This document shows, in pieces, positions 1 to 8,086 of a stretch of 64,000 nt of DNA. The position numbers and the translations under genes are program-made. Below the pieces are notes generated by a model. That model was not told the DNA's origin and searched no databases. It saw only the letters and a list, made by a program, of their open reading frames with translations. Source of the stretch: Opitutia bacterium (GTDB lineage Bacteria; Verrucomicrobiota; Verrucomicrobiia; Opitutales; T3Sed10-336); assembly GCA_050506795.1 (NCBI GenBank), contig JBJHCF010000005.1, positions 32,001-96,000 on the forward strand, read 5' to 3'. The first letter of the stretch is position 1; each line of letters opens with the position of its first letter.

Positions 1-553
1 GCACGTCCAGCAACTGGGTGCTGCTGGCGTTGGAGATCTCGTTCACCGCGGTTCCCGAGAGCAGGAAGTTGAAGTAGTCCGACAGCATGAGGCACCGCCG
101 GGCGATTTCCGGCAGCGCCGGATACCGCTCGAGCAATTCCTGCAGTTGCAGACTGGTGTTGATCGCCTGGTTGGGAATGCCGGTCCAATCGTAGACCCGG
201 TCGATGCCGTTCGCCGCCAGCTTCTCGACGTAGGGGAGCGTGCGCTCGTCCCGGTAGGCGTGCGCCGGGAAAACCAGCCGGCCATCGCCGTCCAGCAGCA
301 CATGGTCCACCGCCCAGGTATCCACTCCGCAGGAGGCGAGCGCGGGAGCGATCTCCCGCGCTTTACGCAGGCCCTCGCGAATCCGCGAGTATAATCCCGG
401 CACATCCCAGTAACAACTGCCGCGGACCTCATTAAAGCCGTTGGCGAAGCGGTGGGCTTCGTTAAGTTCCAGGCGTCCTTCGGAGTAATTCCCCACGATA
501 ACGCGCCCGCTGGTGGCGCCCAGGTCGATGGCGGCGGTGTGAATGGTCTTCAT
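1..553 (-). CDS. rhaB: Rhamnulokinase / FGGY sugar kinase (N-terminal part; runs off the window)
   Basis: Manual translation from ATG at 553: MKTIHTAAIDLGATSGRVIVG...EAHRFANG...WDVPGLY...GVDTWAVDHVLLD...AYRDERT; typical RhaB motifs. Confidence 0.85.
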   Translation of the reverse strand, partial: MKTIHTAAIDLGATSGRVIVGNYSEGRLELNEAHRFANGFNEVRGSCYWDVPGLYSRIREGLRKAREIAPALASCGVDTWAVDHVLLDGDGRLVFPAHAYRDERTLPYVEKLAANGIDRVYDWTGIPNQAINTSLQLQELLERYPALPEIARRCLMLSDYFNFLLSGTAVNEISNASSTQLLDV

Positions 554-605
554 ATCGAGTTGAGTCGCAATGTGAATGAAGGATGATAGGCAGAGGCTTT
601 CGACC

Positions 606-1805
606 CTAGAAGCGCGTGCCCAGCATGTCCACAATACACTTGCCGATGTTAAGGGCCGCAGTGGCGGCGGGGGAGGGAGCATTGCAGACGTTGATGATGT
701 TTTTTGATTCCCGGATGAGGAAGTCGTCGGCCATGGCGCCGTCTGGGGTAACCGCCTGGGCGCGCACTCCGGCGGGCGCCGGATCCAGGTGGAATACCTC
801 GATTTCGGGCACCAGACGTTGCAGGGCATTGACAAAGGCGCGCTTGCTGAACGAGCGTAACATCTCCCCTGCGCCCACCCTCCAGTAGCGGGTCGCGAGT
901 TTGAGAAATCCCGGGTAGGTCAGGGTTTCAGTAAGGTCGCGAAAATTGATGTCGGACTTGCGATACCCCTCACGGGCGAACGCCAGCACCGCGTTGGGCC
1001 CACATTCCACCCCGCCGTGAATCATGCGGGTGAAGTGAACGCCCAAAAAGGGAAACTCTGGATTCGGCACCGGGTAGATGAGGTGGTTCACCAATCGATG
1101 GGCTTCCGGTTTGATGGTGTAGTATTCGCCGCGGAAGGGGATGACTTTCATGCCGGGTTCGACTCCTCCCATCGCGGTGATGCGGTCGGATTGCAGGCCG
1201 GCGCAGTTGACCAGGAACCGAGTTTCGAAATCGCCGGACGTCGTTTCCAATATCAAGCCGTTTCCTTCGTGACGAATGGACCGGACTTCCGCTCGGTATA
1301 CGGTCCGGTTGCCGTTGTGCTGCTCGACCCGCTGCGTCAGGCGTTCGCACACCTGGCCGTAATCGACAATCCCGGCTTCGGGAACGTGGATAGCTTGTAT
1401 GCCGGCGGCGTGTGGTTCGAGTTCACGGAGCCTTTCCGGACCGATCTTTTCGCATTGCACGCCGTTTGCGCGCCCGCGTTGGTGGATCTTCTCCAGAGCG
1501 GGAAGCTCCTTTTCTGAAAGGGCCACGATCACTTTGCCACAGATTTCGTGACGAATGCCTTCGTCGCGGCAGAAAGCTTCCATCGCCTTCTTGCCTTCGC
1601 GGCAATTGATCGCTTTCAGGGATCCCGGCTTGTAATAGATCCCTGAATGAAGCACCCCCGAATTGTGGCCGGTCTGGTGGCTTCCCGGTCCCTCCTCCTT
1701 GTCAAGTACCGTGATCTTAAGCTCTGGGTGCGCCCTCGTCAGACGATAGGCAGTGGCCAGGCCGACAATGCCGGCGCCGATGATGACAACGTCAGAGGAT
1801 TCCAT
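606..1805 (-). CDS. lhgO: L-2-hydroxyglutarate oxidase (FAD-dependent)
   Basis: IIGAGIVG FAD motif, HQTGHNSGVLHSGIYY, PFRGEYY, FPFLGVHFT, NAPSPAATA. Confidence 0.9.
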   Translation of the reverse strand: MESSDVVIIGAGIVGLATAYRLTRAHPELKITVLDKEEGPGSHQTGHNSGVLHSGIYYKPGSLKAINCREGKKAMEAFCRDEGIRHEICGKVIVALSEKELPALEKIHQRGRANGVQCEKIGPERLRELEPHAAGIQAIHVPEAGIVDYGQVCERLTQRVEQHNGNRTVYRAEVRSIRHEGNGLILETTSGDFETRFLVNCAGLQSDRITAMGGVEPGMKVIPFRGEYYTIKPEAHRLVNHLIYPVPNPEFPFLGVHFTRMIHGGVECGPNAVLAFAREGYRKSDINFRDLTETLTYPGFLKLATRYWRVGAGEMLRSFSKRAFVNALQRLVPEIEVFHLDPAPAGVRAQAVTPDGAMADDFLIRESKNIINVCNAPSPAATAALNIGKCIVDMLGTRF

Positions 1806-1812
1806 GGACGTA

Positions 1813-2199
1813 TTACTCGCGGAACCGCCGGTCCCAGTCGTATTCGCGAGCGGTGACGGTTGTCTCCATGCGCTGGATACGGCGGTCCAGGCTGTCGAAT
1901 GTCCGCTTCAGGCGGGCCAGGGCGATTTTCCGGGAATGCGAAAAGGAGTGGTAGAATTCGAAGTCGTCGTCGTTTCGCAGGGACAGAACGGGCTCCGGTT
2001 TCATCAGCAGGGCCGCCGCCAGGTAGAGAAGGACGGCCGGCCAGATACTCGTCACCAGGACCAACACCACGGCTATGACCCGGACCCAGAAGACGGGAAT
2101 GTCGCGAGACTCGGCGATGCCCCGGCAGACCCCCAGGATCCAGCCGCGGCGGGAGCGGTAAAAGGCGTGATCGTCAAATGTGGTTGTTTTGTCACTCAT
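1813..2199 (-). CDS. pspC: Phage shock protein C
   Basis: YRSRRGWILGVCRGIA PspC domain, one TM segment, C-terminal RIQRMETTVT; psp context. Confidence 0.9.
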   Translation of the reverse strand: MSDKTTTFDDHAFYRSRRGWILGVCRGIAESRDIPVFWVRVIAVVLVLVTSIWPAVLLYLAAALLMKPEPVLSLRNDDDFEFYHSFSHSRKIALARLKRTFDSLDRRIQRMETTVTAREYDWDRRFRE

Positions 2200-2590
2200 G
2201 GCTCTTCCTGTGGGTTGGTTTTTCCATTAATAGGGTTTCCAGTGCATCCACCCGCTCCTCCATCCGGCGAAGGCCCCGGTGAAGCTCCTGGATGAGACGG
2301 GTTTCCTCCAGATCCGATTGGCCTCCGCGTCCGGTCCCGTCGCCTTTCAGGATCTTCAGGGCGGCCAGAAATATGCCTCCGATGACCGCGGCCAACGGGA
2401 TGGCGAAAATCATTAGAATGGTGAGGGATGGTACGGTATTCATGTTTAAGGTTCCGTGTTGAGGTGTGATCCCGGGAAGGTCGACGACATAAGAGGCGCT
2501 GCCGGACACCGCCATGATCGGAATAAAGAGAAGCGGCGCCAGGAAGCACAGGGCAAAGAAGACGAGGATCGCTGAAAGGAAGACGCGCAT
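2192..2590 (-). CDS. pspB: PspB-like membrane protein with an extra N-terminal hydrophobic segment
   Basis: TM helices followed by EETRLIQELHRGLRRMEERVDALETLL; lies between pspA and pspC. Confidence 0.7.
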   Translation of the reverse strand: MRVFLSAILVFFALCFLAPLLFIPIMAVSGSASYVVDLPGITPQHGTLNMNTVPSLTILMIFAIPLAAVIGGIFLAALKILKGDGTGRGGQSDLEETRLIQELHRGLRRMEERVDALETLLMEKPTHRKSHE

Positions 2591-2712
2591 GGCGGTGTTG
2601 CGTTCGGGTTGAAGGCCACTCCACAGTGTGAATCATAATGCCTCGGCGTCGGAGTACAATGCGAATTGCATTCGAGTTGATCCGGTTGCGCGAGAGTGCT
2701 TGAACGTCACCT

Positions 2713-3408
2713 TCAGTCCGCCGATTTCTCCGTCCGGTCTTCGGTCCCACGCTCCCGGCGCAAGGCGGCCAACTCCTTTTCGATCTCCTCGTCGCTCTCC
2801 AGGTCGGCGAAGCGGTCCTCCAGCGATTCGCCTCTGGATTTGCGGCCGTAGTTGATCAGGCCGGCTTCGGCTTCCATCCGTTCGACCCGGCTCTCGAATT
2901 TATCGAAACGCAGCATGGCGTCGGCCGAGTCGAAGCGCCGGATTTCACCCTCGGCCCGCCGTTTCTTGCGGGCGTGAATATGGCGTTGAATGAGGATGCG
3001 TTGCTTCTCCTTGGCGGTGTTGAGTTTTTCCTCAAGCTGAATGATTTCCGACTGATACTGATCGATCAGGGCGTCGCACTCGGCGGCTTCGTTTTCCAGG
3101 GAGGTCGCCTGATCGTTGAAACGCCGCTTTTCCAGGAGCGCTTCGCGGGCCAGGTCCTCCCGTCCTTTGTCGACGGCGAGAGCGGCCTTGCGGCCCCATT
3201 TTTCCGCCTGACCCTGGGCTTCCTCGAAAGCCCTCCCGGTGCGTTTGCGCTGCGCCATGACTCCGGCACAGGATGCTTTGATTTCCACCAGAGTGTCCTC
3301 CATCTCCTGGATCATCAATTTGATCATCTTTTCCGGATCCTCTGCCTTATCCAACATGGCGTTGAGGTTGGCGCTGATGATGTCGCGAAAACGTGTGAAT
3401 ATTCCCAT
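2713..3408 (-). CDS. pspA: Phage shock protein A
   Basis: MGIFTRFRDIISANLNAMLDKAEDPEKMIKLMIQEMEDTLVE; coiled coil. Confidence 0.95.
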   Translation of the reverse strand: MGIFTRFRDIISANLNAMLDKAEDPEKMIKLMIQEMEDTLVEIKASCAGVMAQRKRTGRAFEEAQGQAEKWGRKAALAVDKGREDLAREALLEKRRFNDQATSLENEAAECDALIDQYQSEIIQLEEKLNTAKEKQRILIQRHIHARKKRRAEGEIRRFDSADAMLRFDKFESRVERMEAEAGLINYGRKSRGESLEDRFADLESDEEIEKELAALRRERGTEDRTEKSAD

Positions 3409-3446
3409 GGCTCAATCCTTTCTTTGCAGGTTTGACTTCAGGTAAC

Positions 3447-3462
3447 GCAAACCGCGTGCCAA
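3447..3462 (-). promoter_or_regulatory. Sigma54 (-24/-12) promoter of pspA
   Basis: Minus strand TTGGCAC-GCGGT-TTGC, a consensus match; divergent from pspF. Confidence 0.9.
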
Positions 3463-3547
3463 CGAAATAAGCCAGGAAGTTATGTTGTTTTTATTCAATG
3501 ATTAAAGGATCTCACAAAAAACCGGAATAGGTTGATAATGCTTGATA

Positions 3548-3584
3548 TTGGTGGAAAAACCCAAAGAATGGCGAGAATGCCCGA
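3548..3584. promoter_or_regulatory. Putative PspF upstream activator sites
   Basis: TTGGTGGAAAAACCCAA and TGGCGAGAATGCCCGA about 90-120 bp upstream of the sigma54 promoter, separated from it by an AT-rich tract. Confidence 0.45.
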
Positions 3585-4644
3585 ATCAAGTGTCAGGTTT
3601 GGCGCCGGGGAGCGGCTGCTGGGAGAATCGGAGATTTTTCTGGAGTTCCAACAGCGATTGTCGCGTGTGGCGCCGATCGACCGCCCGGTGTTGCTGGTGG
3701 GAGAACGTGGCACGGGTAAGGAGTTGGCAGCGGCGCGTTTGCACTATCTATCGCAACGGTGGGAAGGTCCGTTGGTCGCGTTGAACTGTGCCGCCCTGGC
3801 GCCGTCGGTCCTGGAGTCTGAGTTGTTCGGCCATGAGGCGGGTGCCTTTACCGGGGCGGTTCGGCGTCGGCAGGGACGTTTCGAGGCGGCGAACGGGGGA
3901 ACCCTGTTTCTCGATGAGATCGGGCAGATTCCCATGGAGGTGCAGGAGAAAATCTTGCGGGTGGTGGAGTACCAGCGTTTTGAGCGTGTCGGCGGTTCGC
4001 ATCCGGTGGAGGTCGACGTGCGTTTGCTGGCCGCCACCAATGTGGACCTTGCGGCTCTGGCGGCAAGGGGACGCTTCAAGCGGGACCTTCTCGACCGCCT
4101 GGCTTTTGAGGTGCTTTTTCTGCCGCCGTTGCGTCTGCGTACCGGTGATCTCGAACTGCTGGCCAATCATTTCGCGGTGCGCATGGCTCGGGAAATAGGC
4201 CGTCCGGGGGTACCGGAGTTGGGCGAGGATGCCTTGCGGTCGCTCCGATCCTACGATTGGCCGGGGAACGTGCGTGAACTCAAGAACGTGGTTGAGCGCG
4301 CAGTGGCTCGCGCCCAATCGCCGTTGATTGAACAGATTGCCTTTGACCCGTTTGAAGCGCCGTTCGAAACAAGACTGGAGCCGGGCGAGGTACGGGGGGT
4401 GAGGGACGAGGGGCGAGGGGTGAGGGACGAGGGGCGTGGGACGGGCGGCGAGGGGCGAGGGGTGAGGGATGAGTTACGGGGGGTGAGTCTGCCTCAGGCG
4501 GTGCGGGATCTGGAACTGCGGATGTTGAAGGGGGCTTTGAAAGAAGCCCGGTTCAACCAGCGTCGGGCTGCCGAGCTTCTGGGGCTCACCTATCATCAGT
4601 TCCGCGGATTGTATCGCAAATTCCGTGATACGCTGGAAGAGTAG
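3568..4644 (+). CDS. pspF: Sigma54 enhancer-binding protein PspF
   Basis: GERGTGKE Walker A, GAFTGA loop, LFLDE, WPGNVRELKN, C-terminal HTH NQRRAAELLGLTYHQFRGL; start codon uncertain (3532/3568/3577). Confidence 0.92.
   Translation: MARMPESSVRFGAGERLLGESEIFLEFQQRLSRVAPIDRPVLLVGERGTGKELAAARLHYLSQRWEGPLVALNCAALAPSVLESELFGHEAGAFTGAVRRRQGRFEAANGGTLFLDEIGQIPMEVQEKILRVVEYQRFERVGGSHPVEVDVRLLAATNVDLAALAARGRFKRDLLDRLAFEVLFLPPLRLRTGDLELLANHFAVRMAREIGRPGVPELGEDALRSLRSYDWPGNVRELKNVVERAVARAQSPLIEQIAFDPFEAPFETRLEPGEVRGVRDEGRGVRDEGRGTGGEGRGVRDELRGVSLPQAVRDLELRMLKGALKEARFNQRRAAELLGLTYHQFRGLYRKFRDTLEE
4384..4485 (+). repeat. Imperfect heptamer tandem repeat (GGGCGAG/GGGTGAG/GGACGAG) in frame within the pspF linker
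   Basis: Encodes GRGVRDE-type repeats. Confidence 0.8.
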
Positions 4645-4692
4645 GGAAACCGGCTCGGAGTTCTTCGTTCACGATTAAAGCCCGGCTCCATT

Positions 4693-4731
4693 AACCCAGA
4701 ACCCAGAACAAAGAACCAGGAACCAAGAACC
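4693..4731 (+). repeat. Heptamer tandem repeat AACCCAG/AACAAAG/AACCAGG/AACCAAG, about 5.5 copies
   Basis: Read directly, between convergent genes. Confidence 0.85.
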
Positions 4732-5747
4732 TACTCTTCCAGAAACGTGGACTGACGGGGACCGGAGGGCGGGGCGGGGTCGTCCTGGATGTGGCGCGGC
4801 GGGCGGCCGATGCGTTCGGAAACGGCGTACTCGCGTTCCCGTACGATGCGGTCGCAGATCTGGCGGACGTGGGTTTTGAGCCACATGTGGGTGTCGCTTT
4901 TGGGACGGTAGTCGGCGCGCCCGTAGGAATCCACCCGCCCGGTGCGCAGCAAGGCGTCGTTTTGGGCGAATTCGGCTTCATTGCCGGATTCGTAAACCGC
5001 GTAGGCCCGGCCTCCGCTTTTGCGCACCACGCTGAAGACCGGGACGTCGCTGGGTCCGTCGGCGATGTAGATCATGTTTTTGATCGGCACCCGGCGGTCT
5101 TCGGGGGCGACCCGGGAATTGACGTCGATTTCGGGGTTCTTGTTGGTGCCTTTGTTGATTTCGAAGATGAAGCGCGTCTTGATGGTGTTGTCCACCATGA
5201 ACCCGACCTGGCTGACTTCCGCCTCGGCGTCTTCGTCGAATAGCTCCGGCTGTTTGAGATAGCCGGGAGGAGGAGGGTTTTCGATCAGTTCGCAGCCGTA
5301 AATGTTTTCAATGTGCTCCGCGATCCGGCTGCCCCGGATCATCGCCGCGAGGCCGGTGGAAATGATGTAGTGTTCCAGCTTGATGTCGTGCTTGCGGTAT
5401 TCCTCCTGTTCACGGGTCACATTCCTGAGGGTTTGGAGGAACTCCGGCATGCCGGGAAAGAACTCCAGTTCCGCCCCGAGCTTGCGCAACAGAGCGTTGT
5501 TCAGGCCTTTGAAGATGCCGGCGCGGACACAGGTCAGGAGGTGGTTGAGGTAAACCGTTTCCCCGGAAACCCGTTGGCCCATACGGGCGAAGTGCTCCGG
5601 CAGGGTGTTGACCTCTTTCCAGAAGTTTTTTTCGTCCACCCCGAAGTGCTGAAACAAAGGGCGTTGCATATACCCCGGAATAAGGGTCCGGTCGAAATCC
5701 CAGATGCAGGCGATGATATTGGGTCGATGGAGTGTTTCTTCGCTCAT
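4731..5747 (-). CDS. HAD-superfamily hydrolase
   Basis: WDFDRTL motif I, IISTG motif II, YIADGPSD motif IV. Confidence 0.8.
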   Translation of the reverse strand: MSEETLHRPNIIACIWDFDRTLIPGYMQRPLFQHFGVDEKNFWKEVNTLPEHFARMGQRVSGETVYLNHLLTCVRAGIFKGLNNALLRKLGAELEFFPGMPEFLQTLRNVTREQEEYRKHDIKLEHYIISTGLAAMIRGSRIAEHIENIYGCELIENPPPPGYLKQPELFDEDAEAEVSQVGFMVDNTIKTRFIFEINKGTNKNPEIDVNSRVAPEDRRVPIKNMIYIADGPSDVPVFSVVRKSGGRAYAVYESGNEAEFAQNDALLRTGRVDSYGRADYRPKSDTHMWLKTHVRQICDRIVREREYAVSERIGRPPRHIQDDPAPPSGPRQSTFLEE

Positions 5748-5831
5748 ATCGGAATTCACCCGGCATGGGTGAACATGTCGGGAGTTTCTCCGTTCCGCGA
5801 CCCGAGATCAAGGGCGAAGCGGAGTTGCGGA

Positions 5832-5849
5832 TTTAACCAATCTGTAACA
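5832..5849 (+). promoter_or_regulatory. Putative Pho box
   Basis: TTTAACC-AATC-TGTAACA: two half-sites 11 bp apart upstream of the phoB-like gene. Confidence 0.45.
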
Positions 5850-5896
5850 CGGAGCAATCGTTCTTGTGGTATAACTTAAGGACGGAGTAAACTGTC

Positions 5897-6658
5897 ATGA
5901 TTGTCGAAAAGGCTATGCCGGAGATGATTTCGGGCGTCGGGGTAAAGGATCCCAGGATGATGAAAGAGGACAAGCCATTTAAGGTGCTGGTGGTTGACGA
6001 CGAAGAGGACGTCACGGAATTGGTCAGTTATCACCTGATCGCCAAAGGGTACCGGGTGCGGGCTCTTAACGACCCCAATCTGGTCCTCGAGGAGTCCCGC
6101 CGATTCGAGCCGGACATTGTCATTCTCGACGTCATGATGCCGGGGCTGAGCGGCGTTCAGCTTTGCCGGCTGCTGCGGGCCGATCGCAAACTGAAGGACG
6201 TGCCGGTGCTTTTCCTGACCGCCAGGACGGAGGAGGGCGACCGTATCGCCGGCCTGGAAGCCGGGGCCGACGACTACATCTGTAAGCCTTTCAGTCCCCG
6301 GGAACTCGTGTTGCGGGTGCAGGGCTTTTTGCGTCGTTCCTCCCGGGGCGGAAGTGAATCGGATCGGATTCTGAGCGCGGGGAAAATCTCGGTGGATGTC
6401 GAGCGATACGAGGTCCAGGTCGAGGGTGTGCCGGTCGAATTGACCGCCACGGAGTTCCGTTTGCTCAGCTTGTTGATCGAACGAAAAGGCAGGGTGCAAA
6501 GTCGCGAACAGCTTTTGGCCAACGTGTGGAATTACGACGAGGAAATGGAAACCCGCACCGTGGACACCCATATCCGCAGGATCCGTGAGAAACTGGGCTC
6601 CGAGGCCGGCATCATCGACACGGTGCGCGGCGTCGGTTACCGGGTGGTCGAACGTTGA
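5897..6658 (+). CDS. phoB: OmpR/PhoB-family response regulator
   Basis: VVDDE, LDVMMP, DDYICKPF, RTVDTHIRRIREKLG, TVRGVGY; start may be 5957. Confidence 0.8.
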   Translation: MIVEKAMPEMISGVGVKDPRMMKEDKPFKVLVVDDEEDVTELVSYHLIAKGYRVRALNDPNLVLEESRRFEPDIVILDVMMPGLSGVQLCRLLRADRKLKDVPVLFLTARTEEGDRIAGLEAGADDYICKPFSPRELVLRVQGFLRRSSRGGSESDRILSAGKISVDVERYEVQVEGVPVELTATEFRLLSLLIERKGRVQSREQLLANVWNYDEEMETRTVDTHIRRIREKLGSEAGIIDTVRGVGYRVVER

Positions 6659-6695
6659 CCGGGCCTCCTTCCCGGGTTAGCGTTCGAGGCATCAC

Positions 6696-8033
6696 ATGTC
6701 TTCTTTTGTCGTTGTCCTCTTGATCCTCGCCCTGGGGGCATCCCTCTGGACCCTGTTGGCTCAGCGACGGTTTATTCGGCACCTTTCCGAAGCCATCGCC
6801 AACGATCAGGCCTTGCTGCGGGCAACCGAGCAGGGGTTTTACCGCAATCGGTTCTGGAACCGGTTTCGACTGCAGGTGAACACCCTGATCGACGAATTGA
6901 AACATGTGCGCTCCGATCGTGCGATGCAGATCGGCCAGTTGCAGGCCACCCTGGAAAGCATCCGTGAAGCGGTGCTTATCCTGGACGGGGACAACCGAAT
7001 CGTCCTGGCCAATGACGCCTTGAGGGAGCTTTTTTGTCCGCCGGGGAAGGAGATCCTCGGGCGGCGTGTTGAAACCGTGCTTAAGAGCGCGATCTTTCTC
7101 GCCTATATCTCTGATGCCAGGCAGGCCGGTGGCGGCGCTCAGACCGAAATTGAATTTCAGCTTGAGGACCGTTCCACTTGGGCCGAGGTGACCTGTTCCG
7201 TTATTCCGGATTTCAGGGACGACGAATCGGGTTCGATGCTTTTTGTGCTGCATAACATCACCCGGCTCAAACACCTGGAGTCCATGCGCAAGGAGTTTGT
7301 CGCCAACGTATCCCACGAACTGCGCACGCCCTTGAGCATGATCAAGGGCTATGTCGAAACCCTGGTGGACGGCGGCGCTGAAGTGGCGGAAAAGGACCGG
7401 GAGCGCTTCCTCAAGACCATTCAGAAGCACACCGAACGGTTGCACGCGCTTTTGGAGGATCTTCTCACCTTGTCCCGCCTGGAAGGCCGGCGCGAGCAAT
7501 TGGTCAAAAAGGCGGTGGCGCTTGGACGTCTGGCGGAGGAGGTCGCGGAAAACTACCGCGAGGCCGGTTTGCTGACTGGGGACTCACTGCGGCTCGATTT
7601 CGAGTCCGGGAGCCCTACCGTTTTCGGCGATTCCGCTCGTCTGACCCAAGTGCTGGAAAACCTGATCGACAACGCCATCAAGTACTCTTCCGGTGATCCG
7701 AAACTCGAGATCGGCGCGCGGGAGGATGGCGAGTTCGCCCGAGTCTGGGTCAAGGACAACGGTGTCGGCATCTCGCGCGGCGACCTGTCCCATATCTTCG
7801 AGCGTTTCTACCGGGTGGACAAGGGTCGTTCGCGGGAGCAGGGCGGTACCGGCCTCGGCCTGAGCATCGTCAAACACATCGTCCAGCTCCACGGCGGCAA
7901 GGTTTGGGCGGAAAGCACGCTTGGGGTCGGTACGACCTTCGTTTTCCAGGTGCCGCTGTTCCGGGAGGATCTTTCCGTCGGAGCGAAGGAGCCGGCGGCC
8001 GGTGAAACCGGCGAATCACAAGACATTCGGTAG
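6696..8033 (+). CDS. phoR: PAS-domain sensor histidine kinase, PhoR-like
   Basis: EFVANVSHELRTPL H-box, NLIDNAIKY, FERFYRVDKGRSREQGGTGLGLSIVKH. Confidence 0.82.
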   Translation: MSSFVVVLLILALGASLWTLLAQRRFIRHLSEAIANDQALLRATEQGFYRNRFWNRFRLQVNTLIDELKHVRSDRAMQIGQLQATLESIREAVLILDGDNRIVLANDALRELFCPPGKEILGRRVETVLKSAIFLAYISDARQAGGGAQTEIEFQLEDRSTWAEVTCSVIPDFRDDESGSMLFVLHNITRLKHLESMRKEFVANVSHELRTPLSMIKGYVETLVDGGAEVAEKDRERFLKTIQKHTERLHALLEDLLTLSRLEGRREQLVKKAVALGRLAEEVAENYREAGLLTGDSLRLDFESGSPTVFGDSARLTQVLENLIDNAIKYSSGDPKLEIGAREDGEFARVWVKDNGVGISRGDLSHIFERFYRVDKGRSREQGGTGLGLSIVKHIVQLHGGKVWAESTLGVGTTFVFQVPLFREDLSVGAKEPAAGETGESQDIR

Positions 8034-8086
8034 GCCGCCGCCCGGCCCGATTGCGACCGAGAAACTTCCCGCCTGCGGAGGCCGCT

